A DNA stretch of 64,000 nucleotides from the human T2T-CHM13v2.0 reference genome, Homo sapiens (GCF_009914755.1 NC_060943.1); one strand, 5' to 3'. Positions 50,221 through 64,000 are shown, numbered from the stretch's first letter. Numbers and translations: made by a program. The notes: generated by a model from the letters alone, not told the origin.

Positions 50221-51245
50221 TGACACCACACCCGGCTAATTTTTGTATTTTTGGTAGAGGCGGGGTTTCGCCATGTTGACCAGGCTGGTCTCGAATTCCT
50301 GACCTCAAGTGATTCGCCCACCTTGGCCTCCCAAAGTGTTGGGATTACAGGTGTGAGCCACCGCACCCGGCCCTATCCACACATTTTTGCATCTATTCCT
50401 TTTATATTTATTTACTTGCCAGTCTACAGTAAGGATTATATTTTCCTTCTCTTCCTTATTTATTCATTTATTTATTATTGGTATGGATTCTGGATTTCTG
50501 TTTTATCCAGTGGGTTATAATCTGTAACTATCATTATTGTATTGTTCAAATAATTCCAGATTTGGCCACTGGGAGCCCTTTCAAGCTAGCTCATGTGTGA
50601 GTGGGAATCTATCTAGAAGATAGAATTTCCTGATGGATTGGGTGGGTTGTGTGTGAGAGAAAGCTGGGGTTTATTCTTTTTTTTAGAGACAGTGTCTCAC
50701 TCTGTCACCCAAGCTGGAGTGCAGTTGCACAATTACAGCTCACTGCAGCCTCCATCTCCTGGGCTCAACTAATCCTTCTCCCTCAGCCTCCTGAGTAGCC
50801 CAGCTAATGTAAAATATATATATATATTTTTAGAAATGGGGTCTCGCTATATTGCCCAGGCTGGTCTCAAACTCCCAGCTTCAAAGTGATCCTCCTGCCT
50901 TGGCCTCCCAAAGGGCTGGGATTACAGGCATGAGCCACCATGCCTGGCCAGGTTCATCTTTTGGCAAATATTTATTGCCTATAAGTTGAGATAAAAACAT
51001 TATAAAAGCAGACAAAGGTCCTTGCCTTCACGGGGCTCATGTTTTTGTGCATGTGACACTTTTGTTTCTGATCCAAGCCATTGGGGGACGATGGCACAGA
51101 TTTTAGGAGGGTGGATCAGTCTGGGGCAGGTGCAGTGGAGCTGCCTGGTAGACCAGCCTCTGCTTCCACTCCTCCCTCCTCCATTAGCCCCATGCTTACC
51201 ATGTAATGACTTCCTGCTCTTTTTCTTCACTCAACAGCCAAGACA

Positions 51246-51641
51246 ATGCAAACTCCAGTGAACATTCCCGTGCCTGTGCTCCGGCTGCCCCGGGGCCCTG
51301 ATGGCTTCAGCCGTGGCTTTGCCCCTGATGGACGCAGAGCCCCCTTGAGGCCAGAGGTTCCTGAAATCCAGGAGTGTCCCATAGCTCAAGAATCCCTGGA
51401 ATCCCAGGAGCAGCGGGCACGAGCCGCCCTTCGGGAGCGTTACCTCCGCAGCCTGCTGGCCATGGTGGGTCATCAGGTGAGCTTCACGTTGCACGAGGGT
51501 GTGCGTGTGGCCGCCCACTTTGGAGCCACCGACCTGGATGTGGCCAACTTCTACGTGTCACAGCTGCAGACTCCCATAGGTGTGCAAGCAGAGGCGCTGC
51601 TCCGATGTAGTGACATTATTTCATATACCTTCAAGCTATAA
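51246..51641 (+). CDS. GEMIN7: Gem-associated protein 7 (SMN complex, Sm-like fold), 131 aa, single coding exon starting at 51238
   Basis: ORF MQTPVNIPVPVLRLPRGPDG...; acceptor tcaacag 8 nt upstream of the ATG. Confidence 0.96.
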   Translation: MQTPVNIPVPVLRLPRGPDGFSRGFAPDGRRAPLRPEVPEIQECPIAQESLESQEQRARAALRERYLRSLLAMVGHQVSFTLHEGVRVAAHFGATDLDVANFYVSQLQTPIGVQAEALLRCSDIISYTFKL

Positions 51642-52189
51642 AGATATTGTGTTCACTTTTCTGCTTGAGGCTAAGGCACTGTATCCCAGGCCTCCCAATG
51701 TTCCCGAGCCAGGAACTCTGGGCCCCATGGAGTTATGAGCTCCCTTGGAATTTTGAGCCAAGCTTTAAGCAAGTCTGGACTCCTGAGACCTCCTGGGTCT
51801 AGTCAGTAAAATTCTGCAACTCTAGGAATTCTAAGATCCCATTGGAAGGAATGCTCTACCTCACAGAACTCTGAACCCTACAGAAATATGGGCCTGCTGC
51901 CATTTCCTGAAGACCGGGGCATCGGGGTGGGGTGATAAAGGATACAACCTGCACAGGGGGAAGTTATTAAAGAGGCTGCAAAGTCCAGCCACCCTGAAGA
52001 TACTCCCCAGTGCTCCCCTCCTGCTAAAGAACCAGTTACCCCAGGAAAATTCGACTCCTGTTTTTCTTTAATTAACTATACCGACGGGGATGGAGTCATC
52101 TTTAGGGGCTGGTAGGGTGGTTATCCAAGGGCTGAATCCAGTGGAGCTGGGCCAAGTACGACAGGAGTCCAGATAAAGGTGTAGGGGCT

Positions 52190-52930
52190 GCACGGCCGCA
52201 AGTCTCCTGGAAAGGCTGGAGTGACCGGCATGCCGGGATTGGGAGATTAGGATTTGATTTCATTTTGGGGCGGGCGGTGGCTCGTGCTGGGTCACGTGGT
52301 CGTGCCCAAGCGCTCCTCCTGTTGCCCCACCTGTGGTTGCTGTGGACTGCACACGACAGCAGATTCGCTGTCCCCTCGTTGGAGGCGAATGGTCGGACCC
52401 CGAGTGGCGGCGCCCCTGATAAAAGGCCGAGGATTCGCGATCAGGGTGCAACTTCACTCCCTCCTCTTTTCTCTCCAGCCTTGCAGCGTGGCCGTTCACA
52501 TCACGCGCTTCACTAAGCCTCCTATCACTAGTAACCTTTCAGCGCATTGTTTAAAAAGAAAGCAGTTTCTGTCCCTTTCTGTAGTTCCTTTAAGTTCAGG
52601 ATGTAAGCGAAGCCTTCCATTAAGTAAAGGTGAGTGTCGTTTCGTCTCAGTCGCGAAAGTGCGGCGGCCGATGATGAACCGCGCCAGGAGCAGCCTCAGC
52701 GGCCATCAGTCCATTCGCAGCGCCGGCTCCGCCGAGGCCCGGACTTAGCTCTCGAGTTGCCTTGGCGACGACGCAGCTCGCTCCGCCCCAGTTCCCTTTT
52801 ATGGTTTCAGCCCCGCCTCCTCTAGTTAGCCGGGTGCGCTTCGGCAAGCGTGGCGAAAGTGCGGCGGCGAATGTCAAGCGTTGGGTCTGAGCCTAGGGGT
52901 GTGGCTTGAGCTCACGCTGGTTCTTTCTTG
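52190..52930. promoter_or_regulatory. CpG island downstream of the GEMIN7 CDS and upstream of PPP1R37
   Basis: CpG-dense unique sequence; E-box TCACGTG near 52292; GC boxes near 52783 and 52812. Confidence 0.65.
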
Positions 52931-53156
52931 CCTCGGTGATCCACCAGCCTTGTCACCCAGGATTTAGGTTGGCAGATTCGTCTCTCGCCTTTGGAATTTC
53001 TACCTTCTCCTAGGTTTTGTTTTTTAAAATCAGGCCTATGATACCGCTCATGGGCTCATATTTATTTTAGCATTGTAATTTAAGTTGTATTTTATGCAAC
53101 TCTACCCCGATACAGAGAGCTGTTGATGTAACTGCAGCGAGCAAATGGAGGACTAG

Positions 53157-53915
<759 letters not shown>

Positions 53916-53959
53916 CCAGGTGTTTTCAGTTCTATGCACTCCATTCCCTGGGCTCTTGA

Positions 53960-54750
53960 CGAATGTGCGGGAGCTGAATATTCGTTATTTGGACTCCGGC
54001 AGGAAGGCGTGGGCTCAGCTTCGCGCTTGCGCGCTGCTCTTGGAGACGGCGTCTACTTCGCCCCGCCCCTCATAGTCTGCAGTTCCGGCTCTGCAGATTC
54101 GCTGCTCACGTTTCTTTTTTCCGTGGCCCTTCCTGCCCTTTGTTTCTCTCTTCATGTCACCCGCGGGACAACTCTACGTGCAAGTCGCTGAAATCGATTT
54201 TCTGCTTCTTATAGTAAGCGGCGGGCTCGCCAGCCTCGAGCGAAAGTGTGACTGCGAACGGGCAGGCGCGCGCGGGGCTCGGCGGAGGCGCGCTTGGGCT
54301 CCCGGCGGCGACGACTACGACCACTAGGAGAGCGGACGGAGGCGGCGCCTGAAGCGGCGGCGGAGCCCATGCCCCGGGACGGCGGGCGGACCCGGAGAGA
54401 CAAATCCGGGGCCCGGGGCATGTCCCCGGGGCCCCCGTGAGGAGGCGGCGGCGGCTATGGAGATCGCGCCGCAGGAGGCGCCGCCCGTGCCGGGCGCGGA
54501 CGGCGACATTGAAGAGGCCCCAGCTGAGGCCGGGTCTCCCAGCCCCGCGTCGCCCCCCGCCGATGGGCGCCTCAAGGCTGCAGCCAAGCGCGTCACATTC
54601 CCGTCCGACGAGGATATCGTGTCTGGAGCAGTGGAGCCCAAAGACCCCTGGAGACATGGTAGCTACCGCGGGTGAAGCGGGGGCGGGCTCGAGAGGGACC
54701 CGGGAGTCGGGAGGGATCGGTGCAGGGCCCGGCTCGAGGTGGCGTTCAAT
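53960..54750 (+). promoter_or_regulatory. PPP1R37: PPP1R37 CpG island/promoter and 5'UTR
   Basis: CpG-dense; CGCCCCGCCCC 54059-69; NRF1-like GCGCTTGCGC near 54023. Confidence 0.75.
54457..54658 (+). CDS. PPP1R37: PPP1R37 (LRRC68) coding exon 1 with PP1-docking RVxF motif KRVTF (54586-54600); gene continues beyond the window
   Basis: Kozak gctATGG; MEIAPQEAPPVPGADGDIEEA...; donor G|GTAGCT at 54659. Confidence 0.92.
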
Positions 54751-55289
54751 AGATTGCACCTAATGGTGAATAAGGGGACAGTCGTCAGTTTAGAACCGTA
54801 GTCTGTTAGAAAGGGGGTGGCTATGGAGTTGGGAAGGTGAAAAGTATCTGGTTTCTGCCGCACCCCACCCACCCGAGACAAAGATGGTGATCGTTTTAGG
54901 GTTTAAAACGATGAGCAATTAAAGAAAGTTTGGTGTTTTGTCAGATGTAGAGTGTGGCAGCCTTTGCGTTCGTAGTTCCACCAGAGAAGGAGAGAAGGAG
55001 CAGTTGAGAGGAGGAGCGGGTCAACACTGGGCCTGAAAGGGCAGTTGAAAGAGTTTGATGGGTCTATGGGGGTAAAAAGAGGTTAAGTTGCTGGTCTGCA
55101 AGCCTTGGGGCAAGGAGTGGTCGTGTTGGCCACTTTCTTGGCTGGAAAGAGGGAGACTATAAACTTGGACTGTGGCTATAGAGGACTTGGTAAAAAGGAG
55201 TCAAGATAAGGTCCCAGAAGAGGAGCAGAGGTGGTGGTCAATTTGTGGTTGGGTGAGGGAGAAAGAGGCAGTGTGGTTTTTATGTTTTC

Positions 55290-56910
55290 TTTTTTATTGA
55301 GACAAGGTCTCACTACATTGCCCAGGCTGGTCTCGGACTTCTGGGTTCAAGCTGTCCTCCCTCCTTGGCCTCCCAGAGTGTTGGGATTACAGGTGTGAGC
55401 CACCGCCGCCTGCTGCAATGTGGTATTAAGAAGAAAAGCCAACGCCTACCGCCGCCTCCTCCTCCAAAAAAAAGAGAAGCAGAAGGAAGGCTGTCAGTCA
55501 TTCAGGAGCAGAGGATGTTTGGGACATGGCTACGGAAGGGTCCTCTTGTTCCTTCCTGAGAAAGAATTGGGGGATGGCCGGGTGCATTGGCTCAGGCGTG
55601 TAATCCCAGCACTTTGGGAGGCCAAGGTGGGTGGATCACCTGAGGTCAGGAGTTTAAAACCAGCCTGGCCAACATGGGGAAACCCCGTCTCTACTAAAAA
55701 TACAGAAATTGGCCGGGCATAGTGGTGCACACCTGTAATCCCATCTACTCAAGAGGCTGAGGCAGGGAGAATCGTTTGAACCCGGGAGGTGGAGGTTGCA
55801 GTGAGCTAAGATCACGACATTGTACTCCAGCCTGGGTGACAAGAGCAAAACTCCGGCTCAAAGAAAAAAAAAAAAAGAATTGGGGGATGTTATCAAGTCA
55901 GAAATTGGAGTTGCTGGCCAGTAGCAGGTGAGAGAGATGAAAAAGTTGGCTACTTGAAGTGTTGGGAGAGAGGGCCAGCGCACTGGAGAGGGTCAGGTCA
56001 GTGTTGGAGCTGAAAGGAGTGTGTTGGAGCCATAGGGCTGGGAAAGTGGAAAGTCGCTTGGGACATGCAGGGCAGTGTTGAGTCCATTTTGTGCTGGAGA
56101 AGTCTGTCAGTTCTCCTGGGGTGGAGCCCATGAAGTGAGGGATCAGACTGGCTGTGGTGGCCGTGGTTCTGTAGAAGCTGATCTGCCGGCCCTGGGCAAG
56201 GGGAGAAACTATTGCCAGTCTATGGACAATGGAGGAATTGGTGGCTTTGATGTGAGGGTGGGAAACATGGTAACTGGAAACTGAACACACAGGGAGTCCA
56301 TCATGAATGACAGTTTGGCTACTTATTATAATTTTTTAGACGGAGTCTCCCTCTGTCGCCCAGGCCAATTCTCCTGCCTCAGCCTCCTCAGTATCTGGGA
56401 TTACAGGCACCTGTCATCACACCTGGCTAAAAATGTTTGTATTTTTAGTAGAGTTGGGGGTTTCACCATGTTGGCCAGGCTGGTCTCGAACTCCCGACCT
56501 CAGGTGATCTGCCCACTTAAGCCTTCCAAAGTGCTGGGATTACCGGCATGAGCCACCGTGCCCGGCTGGCTAGTTATTCTTAAAGAGGCAGTGGTTAAAT
56601 TAAGACTTTTGGGCCGGACGCCATGGTTCATGCCTGCAACCCCAGCACTTTGTCAGGCCAAGGTGGGCAGATCACCTGAGCCCAGGAGTTCAAGACCAGC
56701 TTGGGCAACAAGGTGAAACCGCGTCTCTGCAAAATATACGAAAATTAGCCAGGTGTGGTGGTGCACGCCTGTAGTCCCAGCAACTCAGGAGGCTGAAGTG
56801 GGAGGATCATTTGAGCCCAGGAGGTCGATAGTGCAGTGAACTGTGATTGCGCCACTGAACTCCAGCTTGGGTGACAGAGACCCGGTCTTAAAAAAAAAAA
56901 AAAAAAAAAG
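55290..56910. mobile_element. Alus in PPP1R37 intron 1 (55290-55410 -, 55576-55877 + with TSD aaagaattgggg, 56330-56566 -, 56612-56910 +)
   Basis: Alu consensus. Confidence 0.82.
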
Positions 56911-59900
56911 AGTTTTGGCACTAGGAGCCAGCCAAGTCCTTGGGCTCTAGGCCCCAGGGATAGGTGGTTAGTTTGGGACCCGGGCACAGTCAGAATGCCC
57001 CCTGGCTATTGCGTGATATCCAGTCCAGAGCAGGAAGGGGAAAGACCTGGAGAGGCAGAGCAGGGTGTTTCAAGAGCAGAGGCTCCAGGTCAGATCCTTT
57101 GAGACCTCGGGCTGGTTACCTAACTCCTGAGCCTCAGTCTTCCCATCTGTGAAGTAGGTGGCAATACTCTTGCCACGGAATTTAGGAGAGGACTGGATGA
57201 AGTCACATATGGAAAGGAATTGGCCAGGGTGAGTGTTCTCGATGGCAGTCATTGTTATTAAGACAGTGTTGGTCATCTTGGGCTGGTGTGGAGGAGTTCA
57301 TGCATGGGGTGGGGCCTGGATGTGGCTGCTTCAGAGGCTTCCAGGAGAGGGGAGAGATGGCAGTCAATGCGTGGGCCTGGAGTGAGGTGCGAGGGGGAAG
57401 ATGGTCAGTTTGTGGGCTGAAGGGTCAGGGGTGAGGGCAGCAAGAGAGTCTGGCACAGATTGGGCTTTGGGGGGTAAAGTTTCTGGTCTGCAGATTCCCA
57501 GAACAGGTTTGGCTTTCATTCAGTAAGCCACTTTTCCTCTCCAAGCCTCTGTTTCTTTCTCTGCAAATGGAGGTGCTAATTTTTACCATGGGGTAGTTGT
57601 GAAGATGAAGTAAGATAGTCCTCATAAATTTCTGCCACATAAATAGCAGCTGTCATCCAGGCAGATTTGTTTTTTGTTTGTTTGTTTGTTTTCACGTGCA
57701 GTCTTGAAGAGGCAGTGAAAGAACTGGAGAGGCAGAAGGCTATCTGTCAAGAAAAGAGGGGCAGTTGGAGCCTGGCTGGGAGGAGTTTAGAGGAGGGGTG
57801 CCGGTTGGTCTGTCCTGGGTAAGGGGTAGAGTGGGTAACACTCTCCAGGCTGGGGGAGTCTCTCATTCCAGCGGTTGAGAGAGGGGCAGTAAGGTCTGGT
57901 TGGGACTCACACTCTCGAGGAGTCCGTGCGTCTGAGCTGCAGAGGTGATGACATGGACTGGACTGGAAGAATTGGTCCATCCTGTTTGGGAAGAGGGCTT
58001 GAGGAGTTGGCTTGGCAGTGAGGAGTTGGATGATCTTGGGCCTGGGCAGGGGAGGGGTCATTGGTGAAGTTGGTGAGTTTGGACAAAGGGATTTGCAGGA
58101 CAGAAAACCCAAGGGCCTGGGAACAGCAAGGAGCAGGGGTTAGGCTCCATGCTGGGGAGGACGATGGAGTGGTTCACTGGCCATGGGGCTGTGGGAGGTG
58201 GAGGGTTCGCCAGGGTGAAGAGGAATCGTGGTACAGAAAGTGGGTCTAAGGGGAGGCCCAAGTGAGAGGCCCAGAGGGTCTGGGGCTGGAGGACTGCAGG
58301 GAGGGGTTGCTTGGTCTTGGAACAGAGGTAGGAGATTTGTTGGCATCAATCTCATAAGCTGTGGGGAGGGACAGGGGGTGTCATTTGAGCTGTGGATCTA
58401 GTGGAAGGGTGGCGTGACCCCAAGGCCAAGGGGTAACAGAAGAGCTGACAGGTCTGAAGGGGGGAGACTCAGTTATCCGGAAGCTGTTGTGCCGTGCTAG
58501 AGATGGAGCGCTGCCTAGGCCAGGGGATGGAGGAGCGCCCCTGGGTGAGGAGGAAGCAGCACTGGGGGCACCCCAGTGCAGGGGTCTCCTTCAGCAGAGC
58601 CTCACCCCTGGGGCTACAGTGGTGGCCCAGCTGGGTGGGAGCTGTGGGGGGTGTCTACCTGAGGGTGAGCGCTCCCTCAGGCCCTGCAGGGGCCCAGGGT
58701 TTGGGGATTCCTGGAGATGAGGTGATCTGGAGGAGGGGGATTGTGAGGGAGGGTCTCGAGCCTGCCCAGGCTTATCCGGATTCCCATCTCCCACAGTGGG
58801 GTTCCGCCTGCTGGGGCTGCTGTTTCCTCATTACGTGAATGGCCATCTGATGTTCTTCTGTTGTGTGCTTGTTTTCTTGGTGGTGGTCTCTCTCCCGCGC
58901 TGGAATGGGAGAGCAGAGGCCGAAGTCCATCCTCTTCTCCGCTTTCCTCAAGGACACTCAGTTGTTGAATGAGCGCCTGTGGGCCCGTGAGGCCTGGTGG
59001 TGTCTGAGAGCCACCTAGCAGAGTGACATGTAGCTGAATGTCAGGGGCCTGAGCAGCCTGGCGTGGGGATGCCAGTGGGGCAGCAGTGTGCTCTGTGGCC
59101 TCTGGCAAGCATGGGTTCTTGCAGAGCATTGTGTTTCCTCACCTGTGAAACAGGGCCAGTGATCCCTGCCCTGCAGACCACCAGGATGTCAGAGGATAGG
59201 GTGAACCTGCTGGGGGCAGGTCTCCTCAGCAAGCCACAGCCAGGTGTGTGTAGATGGGCAGGGAAGCTCGGGGAGGAGGCAGGCTGGGAATCGTGAGTGA
59301 AAGAGGCCGCTTCAGCACTGCCAGGCTGGGCACGTGGGTGCCCGTGGGGAGCGAGCTAGCCGGCTGCACTGCACCCCATCATGTTGTGGCAGACCCTTCA
59401 GCTCTTCTGAAGGCCAAGGCCAGACTTACACAAGGAACCCATCAGGCCAAACTGCAGGAATGACCTGAGGCTCGGCTGGTCTCCTCAGTCCCAGCTGAAC
59501 TCTGTGGGGTTGGAAAGATAGGCATGTGAGAGGGACTTGTGATGAGAGCACATGACACCAGCCACAGTCCGGGAGACTCATCTCCCCTCCTCCAGTCCTG
59601 CCGGTGACTCACTCCCTGCTCCCTGACCATCAGTCCTCCAGTGTGTGTGCGTTGGGGGTTTGCCCACTAGGAAGCTACTTGCATGAAGTCAAGGTGTCTG
59701 CAGGGCAGGGTGAGGGGGCCCAAGCATGCTACCATCTCTGGCCACCTGAGCTTTGGAAGGCAGCGGGAGGGGTGGGGGCAGGGTGTTCTTAAATGCGGAT
59801 CTTAGGGCATGGAAATGCCATACTGTTGGCTATTGAAACCCGTGCTGCAGATTCAGTCCTAAAAGCAGGCTGGACAGGTAGACATGCATCTGTCAGTGGT

Positions 59901-61079
59901 GGAAAGAGGCCCCAGGTTAGAGAATCGGCTTGCTTCAGCATTCGTGGTGGAGCTGCTGGGGAGTAGGGAACAGGGTCGAGGCGGGTGCTTTGATGCATCT
60001 GCTCAGATTTCCGTCTGGGCCCAGCTCCACCTCCTGCTGCTGGAGTTGGCAAGTAGACCCTGCCACTGAGCAGCCACGTGACTTTGGCGATTGTTCTCTC
60101 TGCCTCGATTTTTCTGTGTCTAAAATGCAGCAGTATGTCCTCATAGGGTGATTGGGAGGATTAAGTGAGATAACACAGTGCCTGATCCATAGTAAATGCC
60201 CAGCAAATGCCTCCCTTGTTATTCCTGTCATCACCACTCCTCTGCCCCCACCTATAGCCCTAACATTTTGTTTCTGTTTCCTGCCCGTGTTGTGTATTTG
60301 TACTCCTCTTTCCCCTATAGTGTCCCACGTCAGCGTCCCTGCTTTCCCTCAGAGGCCCACTCCTCCAGGCTGGGTGCCCCAGCAGTCCCTGACCTCCAGG
60401 CCTGACTCTGTCTCTGCCAAGCTGTGTGACCGTGGACAATTTGTCCAATCTCTCTGAGCTAAAACTAAATCAGCCTGTCTCAGCCCACTAGTAGAAGAGG
60501 CAGCAGGGGTACCAAGATTCCACACTGGCCATGTTAGTTCCAGCTTCTGCCTACTCTGGCTGATGACTTTGGACAAGTTGCAGCTCCTCCCTGAGCCTGA
60601 GTCTCCTCTGGAGCGGGGGCTCCACCACCCCAGCCCCCTGCCCTGTTGGAGCATGATCAGGTTAGTGGTGGTATTGTGCTGGTGCCTGTCCTCTGCCCTC
60701 CCAGGCCCTTTGCACACTGTGACTCGCCGCTCTCCGTGCCTGTACATGCAGTTGGGCCGCCTGATTCTTTGTGCCTGTGATTATCTGTGCTCGCATCTAT
60801 TTCCCCCTTCAAGGGCAAAGACTGTGTATGAGTCACCTCTGTGACCCTAGTCTAGCACACAGGAGGGCTCGGGCACGGGACACATGTCCGAAGGACTGGG
60901 GTGTTTTCCTGGGATCAAACACCCCATGGTGGGATTTACAGGAAACTTTTTTTGTGGTAGTTAATCCAGTTGGTGCCAGGACGAGGACTCTTTCTCAGGG
61001 ACCTACAGACAGGCTTTAGCACCCATTCTGACTCCCGGAAGAGCACGCGAAGCTGGCCCCCAGCTGGCACTCGGTAACC

Positions 61080-61290
61080 AGCCTTCAGTGCGTCAGCGGG
61101 AGTGCGTGTGCACTTGTTTCTGGGAGCGAGTACTGGGGCTCTGCGAACCTTCACAGGCATCCGACTCCAAGAGGATTAAGAACCGTGGGGCCAAATGCCC
61201 TGTGTTGGACGGACTGCAGCTGGAGCAGTCACTGAGCACGGAGGCCAGAAACCTGTTTTTACAAAAGCTCCCCAGGTGGTTCTGACAACC
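61080..61290. mobile_element. MER5-like hAT fossil
   Basis: aacctgtttttacaaaagctccccaggtggttctga resembles the MER5A core. Confidence 0.5.
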
Positions 61291-62564
61291 TCGCTTGGCT
61301 GTCTGTGTGCTTTGCTCCGCCATCCATCACTCAGTCCCAAGCCTGCCTTCAGACCTCAGTTCAGGGGTGGCTGGCATTGACCTCAAAGCCTTTTTTGGAG
61401 CAAATTAACAGGTGAGCATTGAAATACTGCAGAAATTCAAGCTGAGCCGGCCACCTGCTGCAGTAGGGCATGGGGGCAGGTGGGTTAAATTCTTGCCTTC
61501 TGGCTGACCTTAGTCATCACCAGTCATTGCCTTCCATGTGCCTGTACCAGGCACTGGTCTCAGTGCCTTTTGTGTATTATCGCATTTAGATATCACAGCC
61601 ACCCCAGGAGGTAGGTGCCGTTTGCCCCAATTTGTAGATGAGGAAATGGAGCCCATAGAGGTAAAGTAATTTTCCTGAGGTCACACAGTGGGTAAGTGGT
61701 GGAGCTGGGATTCAAATCCAGGCAGCCAGCCTGGCGCCGAAGCCTGCGCAGTAATAACCCCTGTGCGGCGGCTGAGTGCTTGGACGCATTCGGTGCAACG
61801 TGCCATACGGTCTCTTCATCTATAACCCAGAATCGTTTATAAAATAGAGGCAACAGTGCTGGCTTTGCGGTGTTGTGGCAGGGAGGAGAAACAGAAACAG
61901 GTGGGGTAAGGGCCCAGCCTTGGTGGGCACGCAGGAGGGGGTCACTGTGGTTCGTGGACAGCTTGAGTCCCTGGAGATTTGTGCTGCTCCTCTGTCCTCA
62001 GCATTGCCTGCTGTTCTGACCCTTGGCCTCTGGGACGTGTTCTTCCTGTGCTACTCAGTGTCTGGTATGTGATAGGCGCTCAATATATTCTTGCTGCGTG
62101 AGTGACTTGGTGACCCCGTAACCAGTCATGCATTCAGCATGGTGTGGCCGTGCCACGTGTTACGAGTCAGGGCAGAAGACAGGCCCAGTCCATGCTTCTG
62201 TGGGGGTCACAGTCAAGTGAGGGAGACACACAGTAAAGAATTCTCAGCAAACCAGGCTTCTGAGGACTCAGATTAGGGAGGGTCCACAGGGTGTGCAGGA
62301 GGGCAGGGCAGAGGCAGCTTCCTAGAAAGGACGTCACCAAGGAAATCCAGCAGTAAGCCAGGTGAGGAGCAGTGGGAGGAGTGCACCAGGGGTGGAAGGC
62401 AGAGAGAACCAGCCTGGTATGTCTGAAGAACAGAAAAAAGCCAGACTTAGTTGAGGTAGAGGCAGGCTGGTCAGAGGTGAGGCTGGAGGAGGCAGGAGAG
62501 ACTGCTGTGTGGGGCCTTATGGGCTGTGCTAGCAGGGAGCCCCAGAGGGCTTAAGAAGGGGCCT

Positions 62565-62858
62565 GGGCTGGGCATGGGGGGCTCACGCCTGTCATCCCAG
62601 CACTTCAGGAGCTCCAGGCGGGAAGATCACTTAAGCCCAGGAGTTTAAGACCAGCCTTGGCAACATGACGAGACCTTGTCTCTACAAAAAATACAAAAAT
62701 CAGCCGGGCATGGTGGCATGTGCCTATAGTCCCAGCTACTCAGGAGGCTGAGGTGGAAGGATCACTTGAGTCCAGGAGGTCGAGGCTTTAGTGAGCTGTG
62801 ATCACACCACTGCCCTCCAGCCTATGTGACAGAGTGAGACCCTGTCTCAAAAGAAAAA
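62565..62858 (+). mobile_element. AluJ
   Basis: J-type consensus. Confidence 0.82.
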
Positions 62859-64000
62859 GGAGGGGCATGGTGGGTGTTTTTAACAGAATCCTGTGTGGAG
62901 GTGACATGAATAGGGTGAGACTGAGACAGGGAGGCCAGGGAGGGGCCGTGAGCCAGGAGCCCGGAGGCTGTAGGCTTGGCGTAGCCTCATATTGGCTGAT
63001 AGCTGACACTTGACTTCATTGACTTCTTCATCAGATTCCTCTGAGTCCTCCCCTCCACCAGCAGGTTTGCCGATGCCACTGTTTCCCATAGCACCTCTGA
63101 GGTGACTGTTATTCCCCTTCCCTTCTCTCCTTGGATCTGAGTCCCTTCCCTCGTGCTCCCCCAGCCAGCGTGTCCTTGGCCTGCTTGGGACATCCTGCCC
63201 CTGCATGGGCTGTGGGAGGCGTGTGGGCTGTGAAGTCCGGTGACCTCTCCAGTGACTTCACCTCCACAGTCCCTTCAGGTCTCACAGTACCCAGATCCAG
63301 AAAACTCTACAGACCATCCCAAACCCCTCTGGTGGCTTAGCGCAATATCGGTGTCTGATCAGTCTTATAAAATCCAGAAAATTCTGATTCTAAAACACGT
63401 CTGGCCCAAGGGTTCCAGGAGGAGACTCTGGAGCCCGCAGCGGGCCTCGTTCCATGTTTGTGAAATGGCAGTAACCTGAGAGGCAGCACGGGAGCCCCCT
63501 GGGTGCCAGTCCCAGCTCTGCCCTTGGGCAAATCACCCAGCTTCTTTGCCTCAGTGTCCCCATTTGTATGGGGATTGAGGATTAAATTAGCCTCTACTTG
63601 GAAAGCAGCTGGAACAGTAGCTGGCTGTTGCAGGCGCTCATGAGGACATGGGAAAGTTGAGTGAGGTGGTCACTGCCTTGAACTTGACTGGTTCCTGCCT
63701 CCCCCGGCTGTAAGGGTTAGGCAGGTGGGGCTAGATGACCAGCGGGTAGGATCATCTGCCTGAGTGTGATTTCGGCTCCTCCACACTTGGGCTGTGTGGC
63801 CTTGGGCAAGTCCCTTGACCTCCCTGGACCACTTTCCCCATTTGTGAAGCCATTTTGCCAGATGAGGACTCTCTCAAAGTTTTTAGACTCTCTGGGAAGA
63901 CCAGAGAGCCAGGCCTGGGGCCCACGCCAGCAGGAGCACACCCTGCATCAAGTGTGGAGCTGATGCCGCTCCTGTTACATAGCCGCCACAGCACCTCCAG

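Noticed and set aside
61446-61465. Weaker CTCF-like motifs here and near 10524-10540
   Set aside because: Two or more core mismatches; not supportable without data
57700-64000. Further PPP1R37 exons or a nested gene
   Set aside because: No LRR-like or otherwise coding-like ORF with matching splice sites; looks like intron with MIR/L2 remnants

Overview
Human (primate) genomic DNA that I recognise as chr19q13.32. It contains four protein-coding loci. (1) CLASRP/SFRS16 (+): 21 exons, CDS 1312..31960; my exon assembly gives 2025 nt = 674 aa. (2) ZNF296 (-): 3 exons, CDS 37503..32716, 1428 nt = 475 aa, BCL11-like, convergent with CLASRP. (3) GEMIN7 (+): two 5'UTR exons and one coding exon, 131 aa, divergent from ZNF296. 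(4) PPP1R37 (+): coding exon 1 and the start of intron 1. Introns are very Alu-rich, with L1, L2, MIR and MER fossils and a U6 pseudogene. I found no new gene family or prokaryote-style system. The most unusual signal is a cluster of three local, Alu-associated duplications within about 10 kb of CLASRP intron 2: a 191-bp inverted copy inside an Alu, a 451-bp tandem duplication with a chimeric Alu, and a ~900-bp quasi-palindrome. Next are two +4 tandem 5' splice donors in CLASRP that switch reading frame on either side of the RS region. Other observations are candidate poison exons, uORFs in GEMIN7 and PPP1R37, an Oct-Sox-like element upstream of ZNF296, and an extra CpG island with exact repeated motifs between GEMIN7 and PPP1R37. 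Coordinates were counted by hand; repeat boundaries and subfamily calls are approximate.
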